Assembly: GCA_031287215.1 (NCBI GenBank)
Contig: JAITTF010000205.1
Span: 1-38,023, forward strand
Direction: 5' to 3'
DNA: 38,023 nt
Source of the DNA: Bacteroidales bacterium
GTDB taxonomy: Bacteria > Bacteroidota > Bacteroidia > Bacteroidales > WCHB1-69
The position numbers were made by a program, and so were the translations under genes. Below are positions 18,573 to 28,826 of the stretch, piece after piece; the first letter of the stretch is position 1; the number at the start of each line of letters is the position of its first letter. The notes under the pieces are model-generated. The model made no database searches, had not been told where the DNA came from, and saw nothing but the letters and a program-made list of their open reading frames with translations.

Positions 18573-19598
18573 TTATAACAAAGTAACATTCTCTCCTTCA
18601 ACAACTTTTCCAATAATTACCGATTTTTCTTCTTCTTGAGATAATAGGGATAATGTTGTGTCCACATCTTGCGGATGAGCTATCAAAATCATCCCAATAC
18701 CCATATTAAAAATGTTGTACATCTGACGATGAGGGATGTTGCCTTTTTCTTCTAAAAATTTAAAAATGGGAGGCATTTCCCATTTTTGGGTGTCAATTTC
18801 TACGCCTTGTCCGGATTGAAGTACACGAGGAATATTTTCGTCAAAACCACCACCTGTAATATGACAAATAGCGTGAATATCAATAGTTTCTAACACTTTG
18901 AGTACCGGTTTAACGTAAATACGGGTAGGGGTAAGCAATACTTCACCCAAAATACCGTTCAGTTCCTCTTGATAATCTTTCAGATTGAGTTTTAAATCTT
19001 TCAGAATCACTTTTCTCACCAACGAAAATCCATTAGAATGTACTCCGGAAGAGGGTAATCCGATCAGAACGTCCCCCACCGCAACTTTTTTACCGTCTAT
19101 CAAGCGACTTTTTTCCACAGCACCCACCGTAAACCCTGCAATATCATACTCTTCTTCGGAATACATATCAGGCATTTCAGCGGTTTCGCCACCAATGAGT
19201 GCACAGTTAGCCATGACACAACCATCTACAATGCCCTTGACAATCTGTTCGATTTTGGCAGGAAAATTCTTACCTACAGCAATGTAATCCAAGAAAAAGA
19301 GCGGAGCCGCTCCTTGAGCTAAAACATCATTAACACACATCGCAACTACATCAATACCAATAGTATCGTGTTGATCCATAAGAAAAGCTATCTTCAATTT
19401 GGTACCAACACCATCGGTACCACTCACTAAGACAGGCTCTTTCAAATGCAAAGCGGAGAGGTCAAACATGCCACCAAAGGCACCTATGTTGCCCATCACT
19501 CCTAAACGACTGCTTCTTGCAATATGTTTTTTAATTCTTGCTACGGATTCGTAACCGGCTTCTAAGCTAACGCCGGCTTTTTCATACATCTGTGCCAT
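18573..19598 (-). CDS. purM: Phosphoribosylformylglycinamidine cyclo-ligase (AIR synthase)
   Basis: [56 protein letters not shown]. Start moved to ATG 19598. Confidence 0.97.
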   Translation of the reverse strand: MAQMYEKAGVSLEAGYESVARIKKHIARSSRLGVMGNIGAFGGMFDLSALHLKEPVLVSGTDGVGTKLKIAFLMDQHDTIGIDVVAMCVNDVLAQGAAPLFFLDYIAVGKNFPAKIEQIVKGIVDGCVMANCALIGGETAEMPDMYSEEEYDIAGFTVGAVEKSRLIDGKKVAVGDVLIGLPSSGVHSNGFSLVRKVILKDLKLNLKDYQEELNGILGEVLLTPTRIYVKPVLKVLETIDIHAICHITGGGFDENIPRVLQSGQGVEIDTQKWEMPPIFKFLEEKGNIPHRQMYNIFNMGIGMILIAHPQDVDTTLSLLSQEEEKSVIIGKVVEGENVTLL

Positions 19599-19612
19599 AT
19601 CACTATTTTTTG

Positions 19613-19685
19613 TGCAAAAATACAAGATTTTTTTTGACTAACACTCTTTTTTTTGAAAATGTCAATAATTTTATGTATGTTTGCA
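19613..19685. promoter_or_regulatory. Divergent -7 boxes for purMN and gldF
   Basis: TATTTTTGCA on minus (19613-19622) and TATGTTTGCA on plus (19676-19685). Confidence 0.65.
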
Positions 19686-19703
19686 TTTTAAAAATAGTTT
19701 TTC

Positions 19704-20435
19704 ATGTTTAGTCTATATTTTAAAGAGATCAAAAGTTGGTTAAGTTCGTTAACCGGATATATTTTTATCATTGTATTTTTAGCGGCAACTTCGCTGTTTC
19801 TTTGGTTTTTTCCTAATATCAACAACGTCTTATACACCAGATTAGCCGATTTGCAAGGGCTATTTAGTTTGTCGAGATTTCTCTTTTTGCTTCTTATTCC
19901 AGCCATCACGATGCGTTCATTTGCGGAAGAACAGCGTACAGGGACTATCGAATTGCTGTTTACAAAACCTCTTTCCGATAATCAGATTATTTTGGCAAAA
20001 TTTCTCTCTTCTCTCACTTTGCTAGTCATTGCCTTAATTCCTACTTTGATATACATTGTATCTGTATGGCTTTTGGGCAATCCTCAAGGTAATTTAGATA
20101 TGGGGAGTACGTGGGGTTCATACTTAGGGTTGATTTTATTAGGTTCTGCGTTTATTTCTATAGGCATTTTTGTTTCCAGTCTTACCTCCAATCAAATTGT
20201 TGCTTTTCTCTTATCGGCAGCCATCTGTTTTTTATTAACTTTTGCTTTCGAATATGTCTATTCTTTTGAATTTCTTGGAAATTTCGGCTATTTTATCAAA
20301 ACTATCGGCATTGACCATCATTACAGTGCCATTAGTAAAGGGGTTATTGATTCCCGCGACATCCTCTATTTTCTGAGTGTTATCTTCATCTTCCTCTTTG
20401 GTACCAAAGCAGTGTTGATGAAAAAAAGATGGTAA
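19704..20435 (+). CDS. gldF: GldF-like ABC transporter permease
   Basis: KEIKS..SSLTGY, LIPAITMRSFAEE.RTGTIELL.TKP, SSLTSNQIVAF, GVIDSRDILYF. About six TM segments. Confidence 0.85.
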   Translation: MFSLYFKEIKSWLSSLTGYIFIIVFLAATSLFLWFFPNINNVLYTRLADLQGLFSLSRFLFLLLIPAITMRSFAEEQRTGTIELLFTKPLSDNQIILAKFLSSLTLLVIALIPTLIYIVSVWLLGNPQGNLDMGSTWGSYLGLILLGSAFISIGIFVSSLTSNQIVAFLLSAAICFLLTFAFEYVYSFEFLGNFGYFIKTIGIDHHYSAISKGVIDSRDILYFLSVIFIFLFGTKAVLMKKRW

Positions 20436-20447
20436 TTTAAACACTCC

Positions 20448-21134
20448 TTATACTGATAAAAGCATTTTTTCTATTGCTACAAGAGGTAATACGATATAGG
20501 TAATAAAACAAACAACAAAAGAAAATTGATTGATTTTACACATGGTATTCAAAACAAGTACTCTAATAAAAAAAATTACAAATAAAAACACATTAATAGT
20601 GAGCATAATCCAGATTATTGCTTTGAAAGGAGTATAAAAATAGATAATAATACCAGGAAGTATAACAAAACAATTCAAATGTAATAAAATAAGTAATAGT
20701 GAATTGTAAATTTTATAATATTGAAAATAATTGAAAATATATAAAAATAGTCGAGCAGACAAATCAATAAACAAATAGATCGCAAAAAACAAGAGTGCTG
20801 CCATCCATAATCCGGTTGTTGTGTTATAATCCGGTAATGAATTTGCAAAAAAACAATCGATGATTGTATATCCTAAAAGAGTATGAAGCAAAATAATAAT
20901 AATTGACCTCAAAGACAATTTTTTGGAATTATAGAAAGAGTCTTTTGTTGTGAGATAAAAAAAAACTCTGAAAGAAAAAAAAGCCAAAAAAACCTTTCCA
21001 ATCCGTTGCTTCAAAAAACCATAACAGAAACCTAATAAGACAAATACTGTCAAAACAATCAAGAACAACCAAATAGGAGGAGATGAAAAATGAATTTTTT
21101 CATCACTAAAAACAAAACCCAAAAGATTGATCAT
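20448..21134 (-). CDS. Polytopic membrane protein, DUF4271-like
   Basis: About six hydrophobic segments; length and C-terminal pattern resemble Bacteroidota DUF4271 proteins. Confidence 0.55.
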   Translation of the reverse strand: MINLLGFVFSDEKIHFSSPPIWLFLIVLTVFVLLGFCYGFLKQRIGKVFLAFFSFRVFFYLTTKDSFYNSKKLSLRSIIIILLHTLLGYTIIDCFFANSLPDYNTTTGLWMAALLFFAIYLFIDLSARLFLYIFNYFQYYKIYNSLLLILLHLNCFVILPGIIIYFYTPFKAIIWIMLTINVFLFVIFFIRVLVLNTMCKINQFSFVVCFITYIVLPLVAIEKMLLSV

Positions 21135-21152
21135 AGCTCGTTTGGAGAGATT

Positions 21153-21887
21153 TTAGTGTTGTATGATTAATTTTTGAGAAACTATTTTCTGCTTATTATT
21201 TTCAAAGGTGTAAAAATAAATTCCATTTGAAAGTCCTGAAAGATCAAGTTTAACCTCTCCCGAATTGTTTAGAAGTGATAATCTTGTTACCGTTTGACCA
21301 ACAAAATTGATTAAAGAAAAACTTAAATTATGAACTTCCTGTATAGGAAGTTCATAAGCAATAGTAACCTGCTGATTGGCAGGATTCGGATATGCGTTGA
21401 TTTTCTTTACCGTAAAAACTTGAGCAACTGAAAGTGGCTCATTGGAAATAGTAACATAAAGTACCGTATTGTCTGTTGGATCATCTTCGTTGAAAAATGT
21501 AATTTTAGCTTTTGTCGTTCCTACTCCATTGTTATACTGTAGATGAAATGCATGATCTTCATCGGAAAGTGTGTCTAATACAAATCCTGCAGGCATTAAA
21601 TAAGATTCTGCCGAATATTCTCCTGAAGTACACTCGAAATTAAAACAATATTGAAAATCAGCATCTTGTGCTAATGTTATGATCTCTTTTCTGATCTTTA
21701 AAGGAATATCTGTAGCACTATTATTGGCAATATCAAAATAATAAAATGCATTTGGACTACTCAGAGGAAGTACAAAATTTACAGTATCATTATTCTCAAA
21801 TGTATAGCCATCATACGATACCGAAAATGATTGACTATAGGAAGAATATGCACAAAACACTATTAATAAGGCAATTAATTTTTTCAT
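21153..21887 (-). CDS. Secreted protein with T9SS type A C-terminal sorting domain
   Basis: Signal peptide (SYS-Q) and CTD AYPNPAN...LDLSGLSNGIYFY...QKLIIQH. Confidence 0.92.
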   Translation of the reverse strand: MKKLIALLIVFCAYSSYSQSFSVSYDGYTFENNDTVNFVLPLSSPNAFYYFDIANNSATDIPLKIRKEIITLAQDADFQYCFNFECTSGEYSAESYLMPAGFVLDTLSDEDHAFHLQYNNGVGTTKAKITFFNEDDPTDNTVLYVTISNEPLSVAQVFTVKKINAYPNPANQQVTIAYELPIQEVHNLSFSLINFVGQTVTRLSLLNNSGEVKLDLSGLSNGIYFYTFENNKQKIVSQKLIIQH

Positions 21888-21917
21888 ATCTAAAAATATT
21901 TATTCGTATTATTACCC

Positions 21918-21980
21918 TGCAAATGTACATTTTTTTTTAATATAAAAAAGGATTATTAATTTAAAATTCGTATTTTTGCA
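21918..21980. promoter_or_regulatory. Divergent -7 boxes for the T9SS cargo gene and murD
   Basis: TACATTTGCA on minus (21918-21927) and TATTTTTGCA on plus (21971-21980). The plus box is only 2 nt before the ATG, so its use is uncertain. Confidence 0.5.
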
Positions 21981-21982
21981 AT

Positions 21983-23362
21983 ATGAAAGAAAAAATCATA
22001 AACTACCTTGAAGACAAAAAAACCATCCTCCTCGGTTTTGGAAAAGAGGGAATCTCCTCTTATCACTTTATCAGGAGCTATTTTCCTGATTTACAAATCA
22101 CTATTGCGGATAGAAACACTATTGATGTTTCTGATATTGTAGAAGATCGTCATGTAACATTTGTTTTTGGCAGTCAGTATGATCAAAATTTGAATGATTT
22201 TGATATTATTCTCAAATCACCGGGTATCAATTTATCCCATATTAACTATTTGATAGATCCCAAGAAAATCTCCTCCCAAACCGACCTGTTTTTGATGGCA
22301 TATCGCAATCAGGTCATTGGTGTTACCGGCACTAAAGGGAAAAGCACTACCTCCTCATTGATCTACCACATTCTGAATAGTGCAGGTAAAAAGGTATTGT
22401 TAGCCGGAAATATTGGCACTCCTCTGTTTGATACGATTCATGCAATTGATAATGACACTGTTATTGTTGCCGAATTATCAGCGCATCAGCTTGAATATCT
22501 GCATTATTCACCTCATATCGCGCTCTTTCTCAACTGCTTCCCTGAACATTTAGACCATTTTACCTCTTTTAATGATTATCAATTAGCAAAATTCAACATT
22601 CTTCATTACCAAACCGAAAACGATACCTTTATATACAATAGAGACAACATTCATATAGCAAATCTATTTCATCAACATCATTATCAACGGCAAACCTATC
22701 CTTTCAGTAAGGAAAATGCCCCCTCAGACGGTGCTTTTGCGGACAATAAAAACATTTATCTTTATGAAAATAAAGAAGTTGTCTCTACGTTTCATCTTGA
22801 AGGTTTGTCACATCTTCCCGGCAAGCATAATTTTTATAATATTATGGCTGCCATTCTCGCAGTAAAAAGGTATCACTGTTCGGATGAGGATATTGTAAAA
22901 GCACTTCATAGTTTTAAACCTTTAGAGCATCGAATAGAGTTTATAGGTACTTTGCAGGGCATTAATTTCTATAACGACAGTATCTCTACAATTCCTGAGG
23001 CAACTATTGCGGCTGTTAATGCCGTGAAAAATTGCGACACCCTGATCCTGGGCGGTTTTGATAGAGGAATAGATTATAGTGAACTAATAGCGTTTTTACA
23101 TCAATCAAAAATTAGAAATATTGCTTTTGTAGGAGCTGTAGGTAAACGAATTTTAAAAGAGTGGCAAGCGTATCATCATGGTATTGATAAAAAATATATT
23201 ATTGAAAATGACTATTCTAAGATTGTAGCGTTTGCATTTGCCAATACCCAAAAAGGAGCTACTTGTCTGCTCTCCCCTGCGGCTTCAAGTTACGACCAAT
23301 TTAAAAATTTTGAAGAACGAGGTACTCAGTTTAAAAATTTAATTTTAGACTTCATTCAATAA
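21983..23362 (+). CDS. murD: UDP-MurNAc-L-Ala:glutamate ligase (MurD family, MurD2-like motifs)
   Basis: KSPGI, P-loop GVTGTKGKSTT, GNIG.P, ELS..QL, EHLD, HRIE, YNDS, LLSPAASSYDQFKNFEERG. Confidence 0.92.
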   Translation: MKEKIINYLEDKKTILLGFGKEGISSYHFIRSYFPDLQITIADRNTIDVSDIVEDRHVTFVFGSQYDQNLNDFDIILKSPGINLSHINYLIDPKKISSQTDLFLMAYRNQVIGVTGTKGKSTTSSLIYHILNSAGKKVLLAGNIGTPLFDTIHAIDNDTVIVAELSAHQLEYLHYSPHIALFLNCFPEHLDHFTSFNDYQLAKFNILHYQTENDTFIYNRDNIHIANLFHQHHYQRQTYPFSKENAPSDGAFADNKNIYLYENKEVVSTFHLEGLSHLPGKHNFYNIMAAILAVKRYHCSDEDIVKALHSFKPLEHRIEFIGTLQGINFYNDSISTIPEATIAAVNAVKNCDTLILGGFDRGIDYSELIAFLHQSKIRNIAFVGAVGKRILKEWQAYHHGIDKKYIIENDYSKIVAFAFANTQKGATCLLSPAASSYDQFKNFEERGTQFKNLILDFIQ

Positions 23363-23426
23363 AAAAAAAACTTTTTCGTTATTCCTCTGATAAAACTTTT
23401 TTTATTAATATCAACAGAAAATTATT

Positions 23427-23963
23427 ATGAATAAAAAAATCACATTTATTGCTGTTTTCTTGATGTTTTTTGCATTTTTTGGATGTAACAACCGCACTTC
23501 TTCAAACGATACGCAACAAAATAGTACTGACAATGATAAAATTTCTTCTTTTAGCATAGATGAAAATAATATGACTCAAATTCCTGAAGAAGATTTATCG
23601 GGTGAAGTAATCCTTATTACAGAAGAGGATTTTTCATTACGAATCAGCGACTTTGACGATGATGATAGTTTTAGATATAAGGGAAAAACGCCTTGCATTG
23701 TTGATTTTTTTGCCGGATGGTGTGCACCTTGCCATAGATTGCATCCCGTTTTAGTGGAATTAGCTAAAGAATATAAAGGAAAAATCATATTCTATCAGGT
23801 TGATGTTGATCGTGAACCCAATCTTTCACAAACTTTTAATGTCCAATACCTTCCTACTTTACTCTTTATGAAAGAAGACAGTGCTCCTACCATTTTTGAA
23901 GGTGCTCCTTCAAAAGAGGAACTTATTGATGCTATTAATAAAGTCTTCTTTACTGAAAAGTAG
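23427..23963 (+). CDS. Thioredoxin-domain lipoprotein
   Basis: Lipobox FFGC, VDFFAGWCAPC, cis-Pro YLPT. Confidence 0.9.
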   Translation: MNKKITFIAVFLMFFAFFGCNNRTSSNDTQQNSTDNDKISSFSIDENNMTQIPEEDLSGEVILITEEDFSLRISDFDDDDSFRYKGKTPCIVDFFAGWCAPCHRLHPVLVELAKEYKGKIIFYQVDVDREPNLSQTFNVQYLPTLLFMKEDSAPTIFEGAPSKEELIDAINKVFFTEK

Positions 23964-23971
23964 ATTCTTAT

Positions 23972-25348
23972 TTGATACAAAAGACACTCAAATTTCTACA
24001 AAAAACGAACTGTAATACTAAAATGTACAAAATTCTAATAAAAAATGCCTTTTGTGTCAAAAAGAAAATAATATTATGCTATTTTGTATTTTTTAGTTCG
24101 TTATTTTCGTTTTCTCAACCCATTCCGTGTGAAAAAGTGCCTGATTTTTTTAAAATTCAAAAAGAAAAAATCAATAGACTCAACAGTACTGACCCCGATT
24201 TAATCCCATTACATGCGCTATTGGCAAAGGAGATAGACCTCGAATTACAACAGTTTGACAAAGAGACTGTCCCGCTACTACCCAAATGCGCCTCCTTAAA
24301 CTATTATAATACGGTAAAGCAGTTGGATGAATTAACCTATTCTCTAACTCTAAAAAAAGCGGATCTGTTTTATCTCTCTTCACATATAGATTCTATTTTT
24401 ATTCAAAGAGCTAAAAATGAACTTGTTGTAGGTAACAAAGATAACACGTTTTATCTGTTAGAAAGAGCTTTACTCTACAAGAGAACCAATGTTGAAGCCC
24501 TCCTTCTCTATACTAAGTTGCTTTTTGAGGACAAACAATACGATGAATCCTTACTCTATCTTCATATCCTTTATAAAGAAAGTGAAGAAAGACATCTATT
24601 TGAACAAGAAATTGGAGACTTTAATACGCTTTTTTACAAGACCATTTACAACTCTGCTGATTCATTAATCAAAAAAGAAAAGGCTTCAGAGGCTTTATAC
24701 CTATTTCAACTGTTAGAGAATTTTTGTACACAACTACCGGCAGAATATTGTAATGATGACTATTATCATGGCATCTTGAAATCTAAAGCTGGGATTTACG
24801 ACTCCTATCTGCTTATCGCAAAAGTAGCTCGTCAGAAGGGAAATAGAGAAATTGCAGAAAAATTTGTTGGCTATGCAGAGGAGTATAGGCTTGAAAACGG
24901 GGAGTATTTTAAGGAAGAACAGATTGCAGAGAACGGAGGACGGAAAACAGAAAACGGAGGAACGGAGGAGAGGATACCGGAGATTATTAAAAATAGGTCG
25001 GGGATGGTGGAAAGGAGAACGGAAGTACAGGGAAACGGAAAAATTGAAGCGGAAAGGCTGAAAGCAGAAGAACAGAAGGCAGAAAGCAGAAAGGCGGAAG
25101 AGGTGAAAAATGCTGGCAGTAAAACAGAAGAATCTAAAAACGAAGAGATTAAGAAGTTTGAGGAGGTAAAAAAGATGGAGATAGAGTATAAAAAATTGGC
25201 ATTGGAAGCATTGGAATTGTGTTTGAAAGATAAATTTGCGGAAGCCTATAAACTATTACAAAAGGCAAAAGAGATGGAAAAATGCGATTGCTTTACGAAG
25301 GATTTTAGGGTAGAGATGCTTTATGATACTTTGAAAAAGAAGTTTTAA
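23972..25348 (+). CDS. Hypothetical exported alpha-helical (TPR-like) protein with Glu/Lys-rich low-complexity insert
   Basis: 458-aa ORF with a hydrophobic segment ending FSFSQ, helical repeats and several Cys. True start may be ATG 24023. Confidence 0.7.
   Translation: MIQKTLKFLQKTNCNTKMYKILIKNAFCVKKKIILCYFVFFSSLFSFSQPIPCEKVPDFFKIQKEKINRLNSTDPDLIPLHALLAKEIDLELQQFDKETVPLLPKCASLNYYNTVKQLDELTYSLTLKKADLFYLSSHIDSIFIQRAKNELVVGNKDNTFYLLERALLYKRTNVEALLLYTKLLFEDKQYDESLLYLHILYKESEERHLFEQEIGDFNTLFYKTIYNSADSLIKKEKASEALYLFQLLENFCTQLPAEYCNDDYYHGILKSKAGIYDSYLLIAKVARQKGNREIAEKFVGYAEEYRLENGEYFKEEQIAENGGRKTENGGTEERIPEIIKNRSGMVERRTEVQGNGKIEAERLKAEEQKAESRKAEEVKNAGSKTEESKNEEIKKFEEVKKMEIEYKKLALEALELCLKDKFAEAYKLLQKAKEMEKCDCFTKDFRVEMLYDTLKKKF
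24925..25130 (+). repeat. Degenerate purine-rich ~7-nt tandem repeats inside the CDS
   Basis: GAACGGA GGACGGA AAACAGA AAACGGA GGAACGGA and GCAGAAG AACAGAA GGCAGAA AGCAGAA AGGCGGAA. Very T-poor compared with the rest of the gene. Confidence 0.6.
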
Positions 25349-25599
25349 TATCAAAACTATCACGACACAAAATTCTGAACAAATAATGAATAGCGTTTAG
25401 AGTTCTTCAATGCAACAGATCAATACCACTCTTTTAGCTTTTCTAAAACTCTTCTTCATAGTTGCTTTTGGAGAAAAAAATTAACCGTTTTTTATTTTTT
25501 ACCCCAATTGGAAAATTTTTACTACTTTTGTGCGTTAATCAATTTGAAAATTAGTATTAATTTAAGCATGAAAGAGTCATTGTCAACAAAAAAATCATC

Positions 25600-27249
25600 A
25601 TGAATAAAAAACGACCCCACATATTTCTTTTGGCTCTCATTTTTTCTTTGCTATTAGTTCCCGGTAGGGCTCAAAATGATTTTGAAATTGTCAAGAATGC
25701 CGACATTTTTATTTCGGTATTAAGGGAACTAAATGCTAAATATGCAGATGAAATTTCACCCGGTACGCTGACCAAAACGGCTATTGATGCCATGTTGGGT
25801 AGCCTTGATCCTTATACAATCTACTACCCTGAATCGCAATTAGAAGATTTTAAGATCATGACTACCGGACAATATGGCGGCGTAGGTGCTGTAATCCAAT
25901 CTTATGGTAAAGATGTAGTTTTTGCGGAAATTTTTGAAGGTTCTCCTGCCGCTGAAGCTGGCTTATGGGCAGGCGATAAAATCGTGAAAATCAACAACCA
26001 AATGGTGTTAGATAGATTGCCCGATGAGGTGAATACTTACCTCAAAGGAGAACCCGGTACTAAATTGACCATAGAAGTCGAACGCCCGTCAACCGGAAAA
26101 AGAGAGGTCTTTAAGGTTACAAGAAGTGAAATCAAATTTCCTAATATTCCCTATTCCGGTATGTTAGACCAAAATATTGGCTACATTAAATTAGACCAAT
26201 TTATCGAGAAATCCGGCAGTGAAGTGAAAGATGCCTTCATAAAAATGAAAGGAGAAGGAATGAAATATTTAATTTTAGACCTCAGAAATAATGGCGGCGG
26301 ACTAATGAATGAAGCCATTAACATTATGAATATCTTCGTAGATAAAAACGTTACCATCACGCAAACTAAAGGAAAACTCAAAGAACAAACGATGTCTTTC
26401 AACACGCAAAACAGTGTTATTGATAAAAATATTCCGGTAGTAGTTTTAGTCAATGAGATGAGTGCTTCTGCCTCCGAAATTGTTGCCGGTGCTTTTCAAG
26501 ACTTAGACAGAGGGGTGATTATAGGAAAAAAAACTTTTGGTAAAGGTTTAGTACAGAATATTCTACCCTTAAGCTACAACTCTTCTCTTAAAATTACCAT
26601 CTCGAAATATTACATTCCCAGCGGTCGTTGTGTTCAAAACATAGATTATTTTTCTTCAGATACTAATGCCCTTAGGGTACACATCCCTGACTCCTTAGCG
26701 GTCGGCTTTAAGACCAAAAACGGCAGAACGGTTTATGATAAAGGAGGCATAGAACCCGATATTATCATGTCGGATAGTATGGTTAGCCCTGTTTTATTCT
26801 CTTTAGTCTATCATAATCTCATTTTTGATTTTGCTAATAAATATCATGCCGAACATCCTGAAATTACTACGGCAGATAAATTTGAAGTTACTGATGCTCT
26901 TTATAATGAGTTTATTGCATTTATTAAAGATAAAAATTATAACTATACCACTCCTTCAGAAATGGTGCTTAAAGATTTGAAAGAGGTTGCGCAAAGTGAA
27001 GGACATTTCAAGGCTATAGAAAAGGAAATTACAGCGTTAGAAAATAGACTTAAAAGCGAAAAAGATCAAGATATTATCACTTTTAAAAAGGAAATTGCCA
27101 ATTATCTTGCCGGCGAAATAGTGGTTCGTTACTATTATCAAAAAGGAAAAATTATGAACGCTTTATCTTACGATGAAGATATTATGGAAGCTAAAAAAGT
27201 GCTACTAAACTCCTCAAAATATAAGTCTATTTTATCCGGTAAAAAATAA
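25600..27249 (+). CDS. S41 carboxy-terminal processing protease (PDZ + catalytic domain)
   Basis: LDPYT, GGVGA PDZ, LDLRNNGGG, SASASEIVAGA.QD.DRG, TFGKGLVQ, YYIPSGR. -7 box TACTTTTGTG at 25523-25532. Confidence 0.95.
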   Translation: MNKKRPHIFLLALIFSLLLVPGRAQNDFEIVKNADIFISVLRELNAKYADEISPGTLTKTAIDAMLGSLDPYTIYYPESQLEDFKIMTTGQYGGVGAVIQSYGKDVVFAEIFEGSPAAEAGLWAGDKIVKINNQMVLDRLPDEVNTYLKGEPGTKLTIEVERPSTGKREVFKVTRSEIKFPNIPYSGMLDQNIGYIKLDQFIEKSGSEVKDAFIKMKGEGMKYLILDLRNNGGGLMNEAINIMNIFVDKNVTITQTKGKLKEQTMSFNTQNSVIDKNIPVVVLVNEMSASASEIVAGAFQDLDRGVIIGKKTFGKGLVQNILPLSYNSSLKITISKYYIPSGRCVQNIDYFSSDTNALRVHIPDSLAVGFKTKNGRTVYDKGGIEPDIIMSDSMVSPVLFSLVYHNLIFDFANKYHAEHPEITTADKFEVTDALYNEFIAFIKDKNYNYTTPSEMVLKDLKEVAQSEGHFKAIEKEITALENRLKSEKDQDIITFKKEIANYLAGEIVVRYYYQKGKIMNALSYDEDIMEAKKVLLNSSKYKSILSGKK

Positions 27250-27256
27250 AAACTAC

Positions 27257-28816
27257 TTGATGAGACATACCATTCATCAAAAAATACATTTTCTCTGCTT
27301 GTTGACCGTAGTAATATGTCTGCCTGTTTCTAAGTACGTGCTTAGTATGGGGGGCATTTTTATGGCAATCAACTGGGCTTTAGAGTGGAATTGGAAAGAA
27401 AAATGGCAGCTGTTGATGAAAAAAAAATCTATAGCGGTCATCGGCTGCTTCTATTTTGCACTTGCTCTGACGCTCTTTTTTACGGATAATTATAAACAAG
27501 GTTTTGATGATTTAATCGTACAACTGCCGTTACTCTATGGTCCTTTTGTGATAGGAACCTCTAAGCCGTTAGCTCAAAAGCAATATTTTCAGATATGTAA
27601 AGCTTTTGTTTTATCGGTGGTAGTAGCTACGATCATTTCGGTAATCTTTTACTGCTCTCATGAAATTGGGGATATTAGGAAAATTTCGCTCTATATCTCA
27701 CACATTCGTTTTAGTTTATTGATTCTGTTGGCGCTCTGTTTTTCAATTTTTTATACCTATACTCAAATAGACGCACTTTCGACCTCCGCAACCACATATC
27801 GTTGGGTAGAAATCTTCTGTTATACTATTTTTGCTATTTGGTTTATTATTTATCTTTTTATAGCACAAACACTTACAGGAATTGGAATCGCTATTTTTCT
27901 CGCATTTTTTACTTTGATTTGGTTTTTTATAAAAGTAAAAAAGAGTGCTGTTCGCATTGTTTTTTCGCTCTTTTTAATCATGCTCATCTCCTTTTGCGGA
28001 TATACCGGGTATTTGTGTTACACGTTTTTGCATGTAGAAAAAACAGCCGTAGCCACTTTAACACAATTTTCTAAATCGGGTTCTTTATATCAACATGATT
28101 TCAATTCTATCATTGAAAACGGACAATATGCAGGTCTATACGTCGCTCCGGACGAGTTAGCTCAGACCTGGCAAGAGCAAAGTCAATTGCCCTATAATGA
28201 TACTTTAAAAAATGTATTGATTCGGTATCTCAATTCTAAATCTCTCACTAAAGACCGAGAAGGAGTTTTAGCTTTATCGCCAATAGACCTTCAAAATATT
28301 GAAAACGGTATCCCTAATTACTACTATACGGAAAGGTTTGGTATCAAAAAAGCACTTTATCCCATTTTATTTTCCATCTCTTCTCATCAAATCAACAATT
28401 CTACCTTGTTACAAAGAGTAGAATTATGGAAAATGAGCATTTTTGCTATTCAAAAGCATTTTTGGACAGGTGGGGGGATAGGAGACCATAAATTAGCTAT
28501 AGATCAAGAAATTATTGCCCATCAATCCACGTTGATGGAGAAGAAAAATATGGGAGCACACAATCAATTTTTAAGCTATTTTCTTATTGGAGGAGTATTT
28601 TTATTCCTTTATTTTGTCTTTATTCTGATATATCCTGTTATCTTTTTAAAAAAATATAAAAACTTGTCCTATTTGCTCTTTTTTTTCATCATTTTCTGGT
28701 CATTATTTACAGAAGATACTTTAGGGACTCAAACAGGCGTTACGCTGTATGCTTTTTTCAACGGATTTCTTTTGTATGGCAAAGAAGAGACCCCAATATC
28801 CACAATAGAATCATAA
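27257..28816 (+). CDS. O-antigen ligase (WaaL/Wzy_C)-family membrane protein
   Basis: Many TM helices, large periplasmic loop, QRVELW, G.GIGD and AHNQFL motifs. Confidence 0.8.
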   Translation: MMRHTIHQKIHFLCLLTVVICLPVSKYVLSMGGIFMAINWALEWNWKEKWQLLMKKKSIAVIGCFYFALALTLFFTDNYKQGFDDLIVQLPLLYGPFVIGTSKPLAQKQYFQICKAFVLSVVVATIISVIFYCSHEIGDIRKISLYISHIRFSLLILLALCFSIFYTYTQIDALSTSATTYRWVEIFCYTIFAIWFIIYLFIAQTLTGIGIAIFLAFFTLIWFFIKVKKSAVRIVFSLFLIMLISFCGYTGYLCYTFLHVEKTAVATLTQFSKSGSLYQHDFNSIIENGQYAGLYVAPDELAQTWQEQSQLPYNDTLKNVLIRYLNSKSLTKDREGVLALSPIDLQNIENGIPNYYYTERFGIKKALYPILFSISSHQINNSTLLQRVELWKMSIFAIQKHFWTGGGIGDHKLAIDQEIIAHQSTLMEKKNMGAHNQFLSYFLIGGVFLFLYFVFILIYPVIFLKKYKNLSYLLFFFIIFWSLFTEDTLGTQTGVTLYAFFNGFLLYGKEETPISTIES

Positions 28817-28826
28817 TTATTTAAGT

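Noticed and set aside
24925-25165. Possible CRISPR-like array
   Set aside because: Units are ~7 nt, degenerate, have no unique spacers and lie inside an open frame; no cas genes in the window.
25397-25459. Minus-strand 20-aa ORF MKKSFRKAKRVVLICCIEEL, faintly like an RnpA N-terminus
   Set aside because: Too short, no RNR motif downstream in the continuing frame; could be chance.
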